Below, in pieces: positions 1 through 7,052 of a stretch of 64,000 bases of DNA. Made by a program: the position numbers and the translations under genes. Position 1 is the first letter of the stretch; every line of letters begins with the position of its first letter. Under the pieces are notes generated by a model. That model was not told the DNA's origin and did not search any database. It saw only the letters and a list, made by a program, of their open reading frames with translations. The stretch is from the NCBI GenBank assembly GCA_965116355.1, contig OZ220679.1:1118669-1182668 (forward strand), read 5' to 3'. This stretch comes from Dehalococcoidia bacterium (GTDB lineage Bacteria > Chloroflexota > Dehalococcoidia > Lucifugimonadales > UBA1127).

Positions 1-454
1 TGACCTGCACACCGTCAGGGGACTCCTCGACGGCGGGGGAGAATTGCTCGTCCTCCAGGATGCGGCGGAGGAGGGCGACGCGGTCGATCTCCTCGTCCTC
101 GGGAACGCGGGCGCGGTGCTCCTCGACCATGACGCGGGCGACCTGGGTGAGGAGGGCCTTGGCGGCGTCGCCGTTGCCGTTGAGGGAGCCGTTCATGCTG
201 GAGAGAAGGCGCTGGAGGAGGAGGTGGTAGCGCTTGGGCATCAATTCCTGACCCTCGTCAGTGAGGGCGAAGAGGTGCTCGGGGCGGCCGGGCTTGCGGC
301 GGATAGGCTCGAAGGCGACGAGGCGGTCGCGCTGGAGGATTTCGAGATGACGGCGAACCGCCGCTGCCGCCATGCCCAGTTCAGAACTCAACTGGTCCAC
401 GGTGGCGGGGCGGCGCTGCAAGCTGTTCAGGATGCTTAGTCGAGTACCGTCCAT
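1..454 (-). CDS. ArsR/SufR-like winged-helix transcriptional regulator (C-terminus runs off window start)
   Basis: Absent from the ORF track because it is open at the window edge. Own reverse translation from ATG 454..452: MDGTRLSILNSLQRRPATVDQLSSELGMAAAAVRRHLEILQRDRLVAFEPIRRKPGRPEHLFALTDEGQELMPKRY..., a typical wHTH with a GRPxxxFxLTxxG wing. The listed + ORF 44..439 is its antisense shadow. Confidence 0.7.
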   Translation of the reverse strand, partial: MDGTRLSILNSLQRRPATVDQLSSELGMAAAAVRRHLEILQRDRLVAFEPIRRKPGRPEHLFALTDEGQELMPKRYHLLLQRLLSSMNGSLNGNGDAAKALLTQVARVMVEEHRARVPEDEEIDRVALLRRILEDEQFSPAVEESPDGVQV

Positions 455-566
455 AGCTACAAAGCGGGGGAGTTACCTACTCGCAACCATTGTAGCCCGG
501 TGGAATTTGGGGTGTCAAAGGGTTAATGAGGATTTCGTCGTAAAATATGTTTTTGCCGTAAAATGC

Positions 567-595
567 TTGACAAAGACGAAATCGTGTGCTAGGGT
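567..595 (+). promoter_or_regulatory. sigma70-like promoter TTGACA-17-TAGGGT for the 646..903 gene, with flanking repeats (putative operator)
   Basis: TTGACA 567..572, 17-nt spacer, TAGGGT 590..595. Inverted repeat ATTTCGTC 532..539 / GACGAAAT 575..582. Direct repeat CGTAAAAT at 539..546 and 557..564. Sits in the divergent region next to the wHTH regulator. Confidence 0.5.
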
Positions 596-645
596 GGCGG
601 TGTAGAGATTGCAGAATCGTTCAAGTGAGCGAAGGAGTAGCTGCC

Positions 646-903
646 ATGAACCTGGAGAAGGAAGCCCTGCTGGAAACGAATGCTCAAGCCCTGCCTGTGT
701 CACGGTGCGCCCACCACTGGGTCATCGACACGCCGGCAGGCCCCGTCAGCCGGGGACAGTGCAAGCGGTGCGGCGAAGAGCGAGAGTTCCTGAACTCGCC
801 GGACAGCTCCTTCTACTGGGAGGACGACTCCAGCCGCAAGACGGCCAGCGACGCGACCTTCCCGGTGCCCGTGAGTCTCGCAGGCCAGTCGAACGACGAG
901 TAG
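646..903 (+). CDS. small Cys/His-containing hypothetical protein (85 aa)
   Basis: ATG 646 preceded by GAAGGAG 8 nt upstream. MNLEKEALL...SRCAHHWVIDTPAGPVSRGQCKRCGEEREF suggests a zinc-ribbon-like C-x-HH...C-x2-C. Followed by a strong intrinsic terminator. The track start at 586 has no SD. Confidence 0.6.
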   Translation: MNLEKEALLETNAQALPVSRCAHHWVIDTPAGPVSRGQCKRCGEEREFLNSPDSSFYWEDDSSRKTASDATFPVPVSLAGQSNDE

Positions 904-930
904 CCGCAACCGACAACCTCGCAGAAGCGG

Positions 931-961
931 AGGAGCGCCCGTTTGGGCGCTCCTCTTTTTT
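931..961 (+). terminator. rho-independent terminator
   Basis: AGGAGCGCCC-GTTT-GGGCGCTCCT perfect 10-bp stem followed by a T run (CTTTTTTTGTT), 28 nt after the stop codon at 901..903. Confidence 0.8.
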
Positions 962-977
962 GTTCGATACCCGGCGA

Positions 978-1268
978 CTACGCTTCGGAAGCGCCCCCCT
1001 CGGCCTCGCCGGCGGCGGTGTGGGCGGCGACGGGGCGCTCGCGGTAGTAGACGCCCCAGCGCTGCATGAGCGCCTCGACGGCGGGGGACTCGAGCTTGAC
1101 CAGCTCCCGCAGGAAGCCGGCCAGCGCGTGGGCGTGAAGCATCTCCGGGGTGCACACCCAGGACATCTCGCCGGGGACGGTGTAGAGCACGCCGCTCTGG
1201 TGCTCGCACTCGAGCTCGATGCGGGTGCCGCCGGACCCGAGGCTGACCTTGACGCCGGACTCAGCCAT
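978..1268 (-). CDS. hypothetical protein (96 aa)
   Basis: ATG at 1268 has AAGGAGGTG 7 nt upstream, which is better than the track start at 1286. Co-oriented immediately downstream of the VOC-like gene. No family recognised. Confidence 0.5.
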   Translation of the reverse strand: MAESGVKVSLGSGGTRIELECEHQSGVLYTVPGEMSWVCTPEMLHAHALAGFLRELVKLESPAVEALMQRWGVYYRERPVAAHTAAGEAEGGASEA

Positions 1269-1289
1269 CGTCACCACCTCCTTCATTAA

Positions 1290-2144
1290 TCAGGGGACCA
1301 GCGCGTCCCGGCCGTGGACGTACTGCTGCAGGTTCTGGGAGGCGTTCCGGTTCACGAGCGAGCGCTGGAACATGGGGTGGGTGGCGCTGCGGACTTCATG
1401 CTCGATCTTGAAGAGGGTCTCGCCGGTGTCCAGGTCGACGATGTCCTCGAATCGGTACTGGTACGGGTTGGTCTCCTCCGTGATGAGGCCGCGCTCGTTC
1501 AGGAAGGCGTGGGGGCCGGAGAAATTGGAGATGTAGACGGCGATGTGGTGGCCGTCATACGGGGGGATCTCCTCGTCGGTCTCGCGGAAGCGGAGCTCCT
1601 GCCTGAGTCCCATGCGGACGTGGGCGACGTTGTCCTCGACGGTCGAGGGGGCGTCGATGATCTCCCGGTAGAAGCGGGCGATCTTCTCGGCGGCGCCGGC
1701 GGGGACTTCGAACTCGACGTAGGGGATGCCGACGGGCCACTCGTTGGCGTAGGCCTCGCCCTGGGTGCAGCGGAAGCGGTTGCCCCACGGGCAGGTGGCG
1801 AGGACGGCGTCGCCATCGACGGAGCACGAGAATTGCGTGCCTTCCAGCAGGGGCTTGACGGCCTCCAGGCGGGCCTTGAGGGCCTCGATGTCGGGGACCT
1901 CGATGCCGATGACGCCGCGGAGGACCTGCTGGCCGCGGGTGGGGAGGTGGAACTGCTGTTTGCCGGCGTTGGCCCACATGTTGTCCTGGCCGACCATCAT
2001 GTAGGGGTCTCGGGTGAGGCCGAGGCCGGAGATGTAGAAGATCTGGGCGAGGCGCTGGTCCGGGACGAGCACGTTGACGTGCTCCATCATCAGGATGTTG
2101 CCGACGTCCTGTACGGAACGGTCGAACGGGGCTTCAACCACCAT
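1290..2144 (-). CDS. VOC (glyoxalase/bleomycin-resistance/dioxygenase)-superfamily-like protein
   Basis: 284-aa ORF with AAGGAGG SD before ATG 2144. Sequence is non-repetitive with host-like codon bias. The superfamily assignment rests on overall pattern only. Confidence 0.6.
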   Translation of the reverse strand: MVVEAPFDRSVQDVGNILMMEHVNVLVPDQRLAQIFYISGLGLTRDPYMMVGQDNMWANAGKQQFHLPTRGQQVLRGVIGIEVPDIEALKARLEAVKPLLEGTQFSCSVDGDAVLATCPWGNRFRCTQGEAYANEWPVGIPYVEFEVPAGAAEKIARFYREIIDAPSTVEDNVAHVRMGLRQELRFRETDEEIPPYDGHHIAVYISNFSGPHAFLNERGLITEETNPYQYRFEDIVDLDTGETLFKIEHEVRSATHPMFQRSLVNRNASQNLQQYVHGRDALVP

Positions 2145-2269
2145 GGCTTCCTCCTTTGACCGCGAACGCGCCTTGAAGACGCGGGTGCGCGATTGCTTGG
2201 CGGCAGGTTTCGCCCATTATGCCAAACCGCGGGGCGGTCGGCTAGGGTTTGGGTGGCAGGGGAGCGGCC

Positions 2270-2338
2270 ACGAGGGTCGCCCCTACGCGTTTGGAGGGGG
2301 TCGCGTTTGTCGGGGTTCCTGCCTTCGCAGGAACGACG
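2270..2338. repeat. REP-like elements (REP-C fragment + REP-B hairpin)
   Basis: TCGCCCCTACG fragment, then GGGGTTCCTGC-CTTC-GCAGGAACGACG hairpin (stem 2316..2322 / 2327..2333). The same units recur at 6997.., 11633.., 12891.. and 12981... Confidence 0.8.
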
Positions 2339-2442
2339 ATGCAGTGAGCGGGGGTTGCGAGGGGGGGTTGGGGGAGAAAAGCGACTCGCCCCCGGCATGT
2401 GGCCGGAGGCGAGTCCGATGTCGTTTGGATGGAAGGCTGCAG

Positions 2443-2712
2443 CTAGACGGCGGCGGCCTTGACGTAGTCTGCGATGGCGCCCTTGATCCCCCTCATGCGG
2501 GTGAACTCCGGGTACTTGCCGTCCTCACTGTGCCGGTCAAAGACGACCTCGTCGTCACAGGTGACCTTGAGGACGCCGTTGTCGCCGGGGGTGACGGTGA
2601 TGGCTACCTTGTTGCCCAGGTCCGCGAAAATCTCGGTGGCTATCCAAGCCGCCTGCGGGAGGTAGCCTCAAGGCACGCAGTAGGTGATCTCCACAATAGG
2701 TTTGCCTTCCAT
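2443..2712 (-). CDS. Rdx/SelW-like selenoprotein (89 aa) with in-frame UGA = Sec at codon 15
   Basis: Own translation: MEGKPIVEITYCVP-U-GYLPQAAWIATEIFADLGNKVAITVTPGDNGVLKVTCDDEVVFDRHSEDGKYPEFTRMRGIKGAIADYVKAAAV. TGA at 2670..2668 falls in the CxxU position of the SelW/SelT/SelH redox motif. A SECIS-like hairpin follows directly 3' (2667..2638). AGGAG SD lies 7 nt before ATG 2712. Confidence 0.85.
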
Positions 2713-2740
2713 GACACAACTCCTTGGTAAGGTTGAAGGT

Positions 2741-2770
2741 AGGGTAGTTTGAGCAGGGGGAGGCTGTCAA
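2741..2770 (-). promoter_or_regulatory. candidate promoter TTGACA-18-TACCCT for the selenoprotein gene
   Basis: Minus-strand TTGACA (2770..2765), 18-nt spacer, TACCCT (2746..2741), about 30 nt upstream of ATG 2712. Confidence 0.4.
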
Positions 2771-2788
2771 CCGCGAGGAGAATCGAAC

Positions 2789-2824
2789 GGGGGCTGGCGA
2801 CGTCGCCGCAACGCGCCAGCCCCC
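2789..2824 (-). terminator. GC-rich hairpin downstream of nrdJ (possible terminator)
   Basis: GGGGGCTGGCG (2789..2799) and CGCCAGCCCCC (2814..2824) form a perfect 11-bp stem 58 nt after the nrdJ stop. There is no clear U tract. Confidence 0.35.
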
Positions 2825-2881
2825 GCATCTGCGCGGGGCCGGTGGTGAGCCGACCCCGTGTTCGACAGTGTTATGTGTGCG

Positions 2882-5416
2882 CTAGCCGCACTTGTTGTAC
2901 CCGCACTCGTAGCACTTCTGACAGCCTTCCTCGTAGACCAGGGGCCCCGAGCACTCGGGGCACCGGCCCCAGTGCGTCAGATGAGGCGTCACGTCGGGAG
3001 CGGAGGGGGCGAGGGGGAGGGCGACGCCGCCACCGGCCGACTCCTTGGAGAAGAGGGCGAACTGGGCGCCGTAGGGACTGCCGGGCTCCATGCCGCAGAC
3101 CCTCGCCAGCGCAAGGGCGAGGGCATCGGGGGCGGAGCGGACCAGGGTACCCTCGCTCCAGACGGGCTCGTCTGTGATGCCGCGGAGCTGGGCGACGATG
3201 GAGGCGGGGTCGACGCCGGAGCGGAGGGCCATCGACACGAGCCGGGAGATGCCCTCCAGCTGCGCCTGGTCCGAGCTGCCGGCCTTGCCGAGGACGGTAA
3301 AGACCTCGAAGGGGCGGCCATCCCCGTCAAAGTTGATGGTGATGTACATGTTGCCGTGACTGGTGCGGACACGCTCCGTGACGCCGCTGACCCGGGGCGG
3401 GCGGCTCCGCATGGTGCGGTGTCCCTCCTCCTGCTCGGAGACCTCGGCGAGGGCCGTCGACGACTCGGAGGTGCCGGCGGTGAGGACCTCCTTCTCGCGG
3501 CTGCCGGCACGGTAGACGGTGATGCCCTTGCAGCCGGTCTCCCACGCCTGCATGTAGGTGTGCTCGACGTCCTCGACCGTGGCGCTGTTGGGGAAGTTGA
3601 TGGTCTTGGAGATGGCGGCGTCCGTGGACTCCTGGAAGGCGGCCTGCATGCGGACGTGCCACTCCGGCGAGATGTCCGGGGCGGTGGTGAAGACGTCCTT
3701 CACCCACTCGGGCGCCTCGTCGCTGTCCTGAAGGGAGCTGCCGGTGGAGAGGTACTCGGCGAGCTCGTCGCTGTAGAAGCCCTCGTGGCGGGCGACGGAC
3801 TCGAAGGCGCTGTCGATGTAGTAGAGCGTCTGGCCCTCAAGGATGTTGTGCTTGCGGAAGGCGAGGGCGAAGATCGGCTCGATGCCGCTGGAGCAGCCGG
3901 CGATCATGGAGATGGTGCCGGTGGGGGCGACGGTGAGCTGGCAGGCGTTGCGCTGGGGCTTCATGCCGGCGAGCTGCTGGCGGCTGCCCTCCCAGGCGAG
4001 GAAGGGGCCGCGGAGCTCGGCGAGGCGCTCGGACTCGGCGCGGGCCTCGTCGGCGATGAAGCGCATGACGGCGCGGCCGATCTCGACGCCCTCCTCGGAG
4101 TCGTAGGCGACGCCGAGGCGGACGAGCATGTCCGCGAAGCCCATGACGCCGAGGCCGGTCTTGCGGGTGAGCAGGTTCATGCGCTCGATCTCGGGGACCG
4201 AGTAGTTGTTGGCGTCGATGGTGTTGTCGAGGAAGTGGGCGGCGGTGCGGACGGTGGAGCGGAGGAGGTCCCAGTCGATCTCCGCGCCGTCGGGGCCGAA
4301 GGACAACATCCTGGTCAGGTTGATGGAGCCGAGGTTGCAGGACTCGTAGGGGAGCAGGGGCTGCTCGCCGCAGGGGTTGGTGGCCTCCATGGAGCCAAGG
4401 TGAGGCGTCGGCTGGCGGCGGTTGACCTCGTCGAGGAAGATCATGCCGGGCTCGCCGTTGCGCCATGCGCCCTCGACGATCTTCTTGAAGAGGTCGCGGG
4501 CGTCGCGCTCGACGCCGGTGGGCTGCTGGGAGACGGGGTCGATCTCGGCGACCGTGCCGCCGTCAACGACGGCGTGCATGAAGGCGTCGGTGGCGCCGAC
4601 GGAGATGTTGAAGTTGTGGATCTCGCCCTCCTGGGCCTTGCACTCGATGAACTCCTCGATGTCGGGGTGGTGGACGCTCATGACGGCCATGTTGGCGCCG
4701 TCGCGCTTGCCGCCCTGGGTGATCATCGTCGACACGCTGGAGAGGTGGCGAAGGACGGCGATGGGGCCGCAGGCCTTGCCGTGGGTGCTGGAGATGTGGG
4801 CGCCCTTCTGCCGCAGGTTGGACAGGGGGACGCCGGTGCCGCCGCCGAACTTCTGCACCATGGCGATGTCCGAGGCGGTCTTCATGATGTCCGACATGCT
4901 GTCCTCAAGGGGGAGGACGAAGCAGGCGGACAGGGTGCCGGCGTTGGTGCCCGCGTTCATCATGGTGGGGGAGTTGGGCAGGAACTCCAGCCGGGTCATC
5001 ATGCCGTAGAAGGTGTCCGCAGCCTCAGCGACCTCAAGGTCCGTTGCGCCGTAGTTGCGGTCGGCCTCGGCGATGGCGCGGGCGACACGGAGGAACATGC
5101 CGCGGGCGTCCTCAACGGGCTGGAACTGGTCGTTCTTCATGTAGTAGCGGTGGGCGAGGACGCGCTGGGCGTTCTCGGTCAGGTGGGGGCCGTCGCCCTC
5201 CTCGGGGCGGGTCATGCCGGTGGCCTCAAGGGCGCGCGCAACACGGCCGCGGGAGGGGCCGGCCACCGTCACCGCCGGGGCGCCGGACTCTAGTCGGTCG
5301 ATGGCGGCCTTGAGGGCGTCGCGGACGGCGGGCTCGGTCGTGGCGGCGAGCTTGTCGCGCAGGTCGGCCAGGGCCGCATCCCGCTCTACATCTGTTCGAG
5401 AACGAATATCAACCAC
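2882..5416 (-). CDS. nrdJ: adenosylcobalamin-dependent (class II) ribonucleotide reductase
   Basis: 844 aa with class II RNR signatures (..LSACFVLP.., ..NPCGEQPLLPYESCNLGSINL..) and a C-terminal Cys-rich tail CPECSGPLVYEEGCQKCYECGYNKCG. GTG start at 5416 has GGGAGGA SD. Directly downstream of nrdR. Confidence 0.95.
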   Translation of the reverse strand: MVDIRSRTDVERDAALADLRDKLAATTEPAVRDALKAAIDRLESGAPAVTVAGPSRGRVARALEATGMTRPEEGDGPHLTENAQRVLAHRYYMKNDQFQPVEDARGMFLRVARAIAEADRNYGATDLEVAEAADTFYGMMTRLEFLPNSPTMMNAGTNAGTLSACFVLPLEDSMSDIMKTASDIAMVQKFGGGTGVPLSNLRQKGAHISSTHGKACGPIAVLRHLSSVSTMITQGGKRDGANMAVMSVHHPDIEEFIECKAQEGEIHNFNISVGATDAFMHAVVDGGTVAEIDPVSQQPTGVERDARDLFKKIVEGAWRNGEPGMIFLDEVNRRQPTPHLGSMEATNPCGEQPLLPYESCNLGSINLTRMLSFGPDGAEIDWDLLRSTVRTAAHFLDNTIDANNYSVPEIERMNLLTRKTGLGVMGFADMLVRLGVAYDSEEGVEIGRAVMRFIADEARAESERLAELRGPFLAWEGSRQQLAGMKPQRNACQLTVAPTGTISMIAGCSSGIEPIFALAFRKHNILEGQTLYYIDSAFESVARHEGFYSDELAEYLSTGSSLQDSDEAPEWVKDVFTTAPDISPEWHVRMQAAFQESTDAAISKTINFPNSATVEDVEHTYMQAWETGCKGITVYRAGSREKEVLTAGTSESSTALAEVSEQEEGHRTMRSRPPRVSGVTERVRTSHGNMYITINFDGDGRPFEVFTVLGKAGSSDQAQLEGISRLVSMALRSGVDPASIVAQLRGITDEPVWSEGTLVRSAPDALALALARVCGMEPGSPYGAQFALFSKESAGGGVALPLAPSAPDVTPHLTHWGRCPECSGPLVYEEGCQKCYECGYNKCG

Positions 5417-5499
5417 CGTTTTCCTCCCTTGGTGTATCTACAAGGCCCAGCGAGAGGCCCCATGAGGCCCCGATGTTTGGCCGGGGGAAGGGAAGTGTA

Positions 5500-6057
5500 C
5501 TATCCCCCGGCGGCCGGTTTCTTGGGTCGTCTGACCCCTTTTTCCGGTGTTTCCGCGCCGGTTATGGGGAGGGAAAGCTGTGCCTCAAGGGCGGCATCGA
5601 GATTGGGCTCCGGGTCCCGCTGCAGCGCCTCCACTTCCTGGGCGAAGCTCTCCAGGTCCGCGAAGTTGCGGTACACGCTGGCAAAGCGCACATAGGCCAC
5701 GTGATCGAGGGATTTGAGGCCCTCCATAACCATGCGGCCAACCAAGGAGGCGGGGATTTCCGCCTTGGCCAGTGCGCTTATCTGCCGCTCCATGTCATCC
5801 ACCATCCGGTCTATGGCCTGGGACGACACCGGACGCTTGGCGCAGGCGGTGAGGATGCCCTGGCGGACCTTCTCACGATCAAACTCCTCACGGCGGCCGT
5901 CGCGCTTCACGACGAGCTGGGCGCCGGTGAAGACGCGCTCGACGGTGGTGAAGCGGAGGCCGCAACGCGCGCACTCGCGGCGGCGCTTGATGCCGTCGCT
6001 GGCGTCGCGGGAGTCGGTGACGCGGGAATCATCGTGGTCGCAGTATGGGCACCGCAC
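5500..6057 (-). CDS. nrdR: transcriptional repressor NrdR
   Basis: MRCPYCDHDDSRVTDSRDASDGIKRRRECARCGLRFTTVERV = NrdR zinc ribbon followed by an ATP-cone. Carries a C-terminal extension of about 30 aa. Confidence 0.95.
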   Translation of the reverse strand: MRCPYCDHDDSRVTDSRDASDGIKRRRECARCGLRFTTVERVFTGAQLVVKRDGRREEFDREKVRQGILTACAKRPVSSQAIDRMVDDMERQISALAKAEIPASLVGRMVMEGLKSLDHVAYVRFASVYRNFADLESFAQEVEALQRDPEPNLDAALEAQLSLPITGAETPEKGVRRPKKPAAGG

Positions 6058-6081
6058 TGTTGGCCTGCTCTCCTTCTTCCG

Positions 6082-6135
6082 CTACCGTTTATGGTAGGGA
6101 GTGGCAACTATGACACAAGATATTGTGGTTGTCAA
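6082..6135 (-). promoter_or_regulatory. nrdR-nrdJ promoter (TTGACA-17-CATAGT) with two NrdR-box-like palindromes
   Basis: Minus-strand TTGACA 6135..6130 and CATAGT 6112..6107. ACACAAGATATTGTGG (6113..6128) fills the spacer. A second palindrome CTACCGTTTATGGTAG lies at 6082..6097. Centres are 31 bp apart, as in tandem NrdR boxes. Confidence 0.6.
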
Positions 6136-6265
6136 CGCAGGGTTTTGGTGATTTTGCGGAGGTCATGGCGGTGGAACTGAGCTAAATGCGATTCCCGGCA
6201 CGGGCGGTACAATGAGAACAGGAATAGAATCCCGAGCTCTTTGAATTCGCACTAGATGAAGCCCT

Positions 6266-6351
6266 GCACAGTGCTAAAGCACTGTGCGAATACGGGCGCT
6301 ACATGCGCCCACGCGCGCACCCCGTTTACGACGCTAAAGCGTCGTAAACGG
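6266..6351. repeat. cluster of perfect hairpins, two sharing a GC-TAAA-GC centre
   Basis: GCACAGTGC-TAAA-GCACTGTGC (6266..6287), GGGCGC-TACAT-GCGCCC (6294..6310), CCGTTTACGACGC-TAAA-GCGTCGTAAACGG (6322..6351). Confidence 0.7.
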
Positions 6352-6388
6352 CGCGAGCGCGCGAGAATGGTGTTGGAGGAGCGTATCA

Positions 6389-6910
6389 GTGAAGTACTTG
6401 TTGGAGCGCCGACGTCATGTCACGGTCGTGCTCCTGGCCGCGATGCTATCGGCGGCGGTCGCCATGCCGGCGTGCAACGGCGACGGAGCGTCGACCGGGG
6501 GCGGCGGGTCGGCGTCGACGCCGGGGGCGACGGCAGTGCGAGTCGGGCCGACGGCGACGCCGGCGCACCCGGGGCAGGCGAACTACGTGACGCACTGCGC
6601 GTCGTGCCACGGGCTGAGCGGCGAGGGGCAGCCGAACTGGTTCCAGCCGGGGCCGGACGGGCTGCTGCCGGCGCCGCCGCACGACAACTACGGGCACACG
6701 TGGCACCACGGCGACGGGTACCTGTTCCGGGTGACGAAGCGCGGCGGGGCGGCGTTCATGATGCCGGGGCAGCAGAGCAACATGCCCGGGTTCGACGTGC
6801 AGATGACGGACCAGGAGATCATCGACGTGCTCGAGTATATCAAGGGGTTCTGGGGGGAGGACGAGCGGGAGTTTCAGGCTTCGGCGAGCGTTGGGGACCC
6901 GTACCCGTAG
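6389..6910 (+). CDS. c-type cytochrome (class I), secreted/lipoprotein-like
   Basis: Haem-binding CASCH motif, N-terminal signal-like segment ending AMPAC, GTG start with GGAGGAG SD. Confidence 0.85.
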   Translation: MKYLLERRRHVTVVLLAAMLSAAVAMPACNGDGASTGGGGSASTPGATAVRVGPTATPAHPGQANYVTHCASCHGLSGEGQPNWFQPGPDGLLPAPPHDNYGHTWHHGDGYLFRVTKRGGAAFMMPGQQSNMPGFDVQMTDQEIIDVLEYIKGFWGEDEREFQASASVGDPYP

Positions 6911-6931
6911 GGGGTGGGGCCTGCCAGCCCC

Positions 6932-7045
6932 CCGTTCATGCTTCGATTTCCCTCAGCACGAACGGAGCCTCTCTGCCACCGCGACGGGGAGGGACAGGTT
7001 CCCGCCTCAGGGCGGGACGGGCGATTCACGAATCGCCCCTACGCG
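6932..7045. repeat. REP-like array (REP-A, REP-B, REP-C)
   Basis: CCGTTCATGC-TTCGATTTCCCTCA-GCACGAACGG (6932..6965), TCCCGCC-TCAG-GGCGGGA (7000..7017), GGGCGATTCACGAATCGCCC palindrome (7019..7038) followed by CTACG. Confidence 0.85.
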
Positions 7046-7052
7046 GCGGGCG

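Noticed and set aside
2858-5293. 811-aa plus-strand ORF
   Set aside because: It is antisense to nrdJ. The composition is dominated by Gly/Ala/Asp/Leu/Val runs typical of the opposite frame of a high-G+C gene, and the minus-strand product has unmistakable class II RNR motifs.
5417-5499. Looked for a cobalamin riboswitch or a further NrdR box between nrdR and nrdJ
   Set aside because: The 83-nt spacer is too short for a B12 riboswitch and has no convincing 16-bp NrdR palindrome. The genes are probably co-transcribed.
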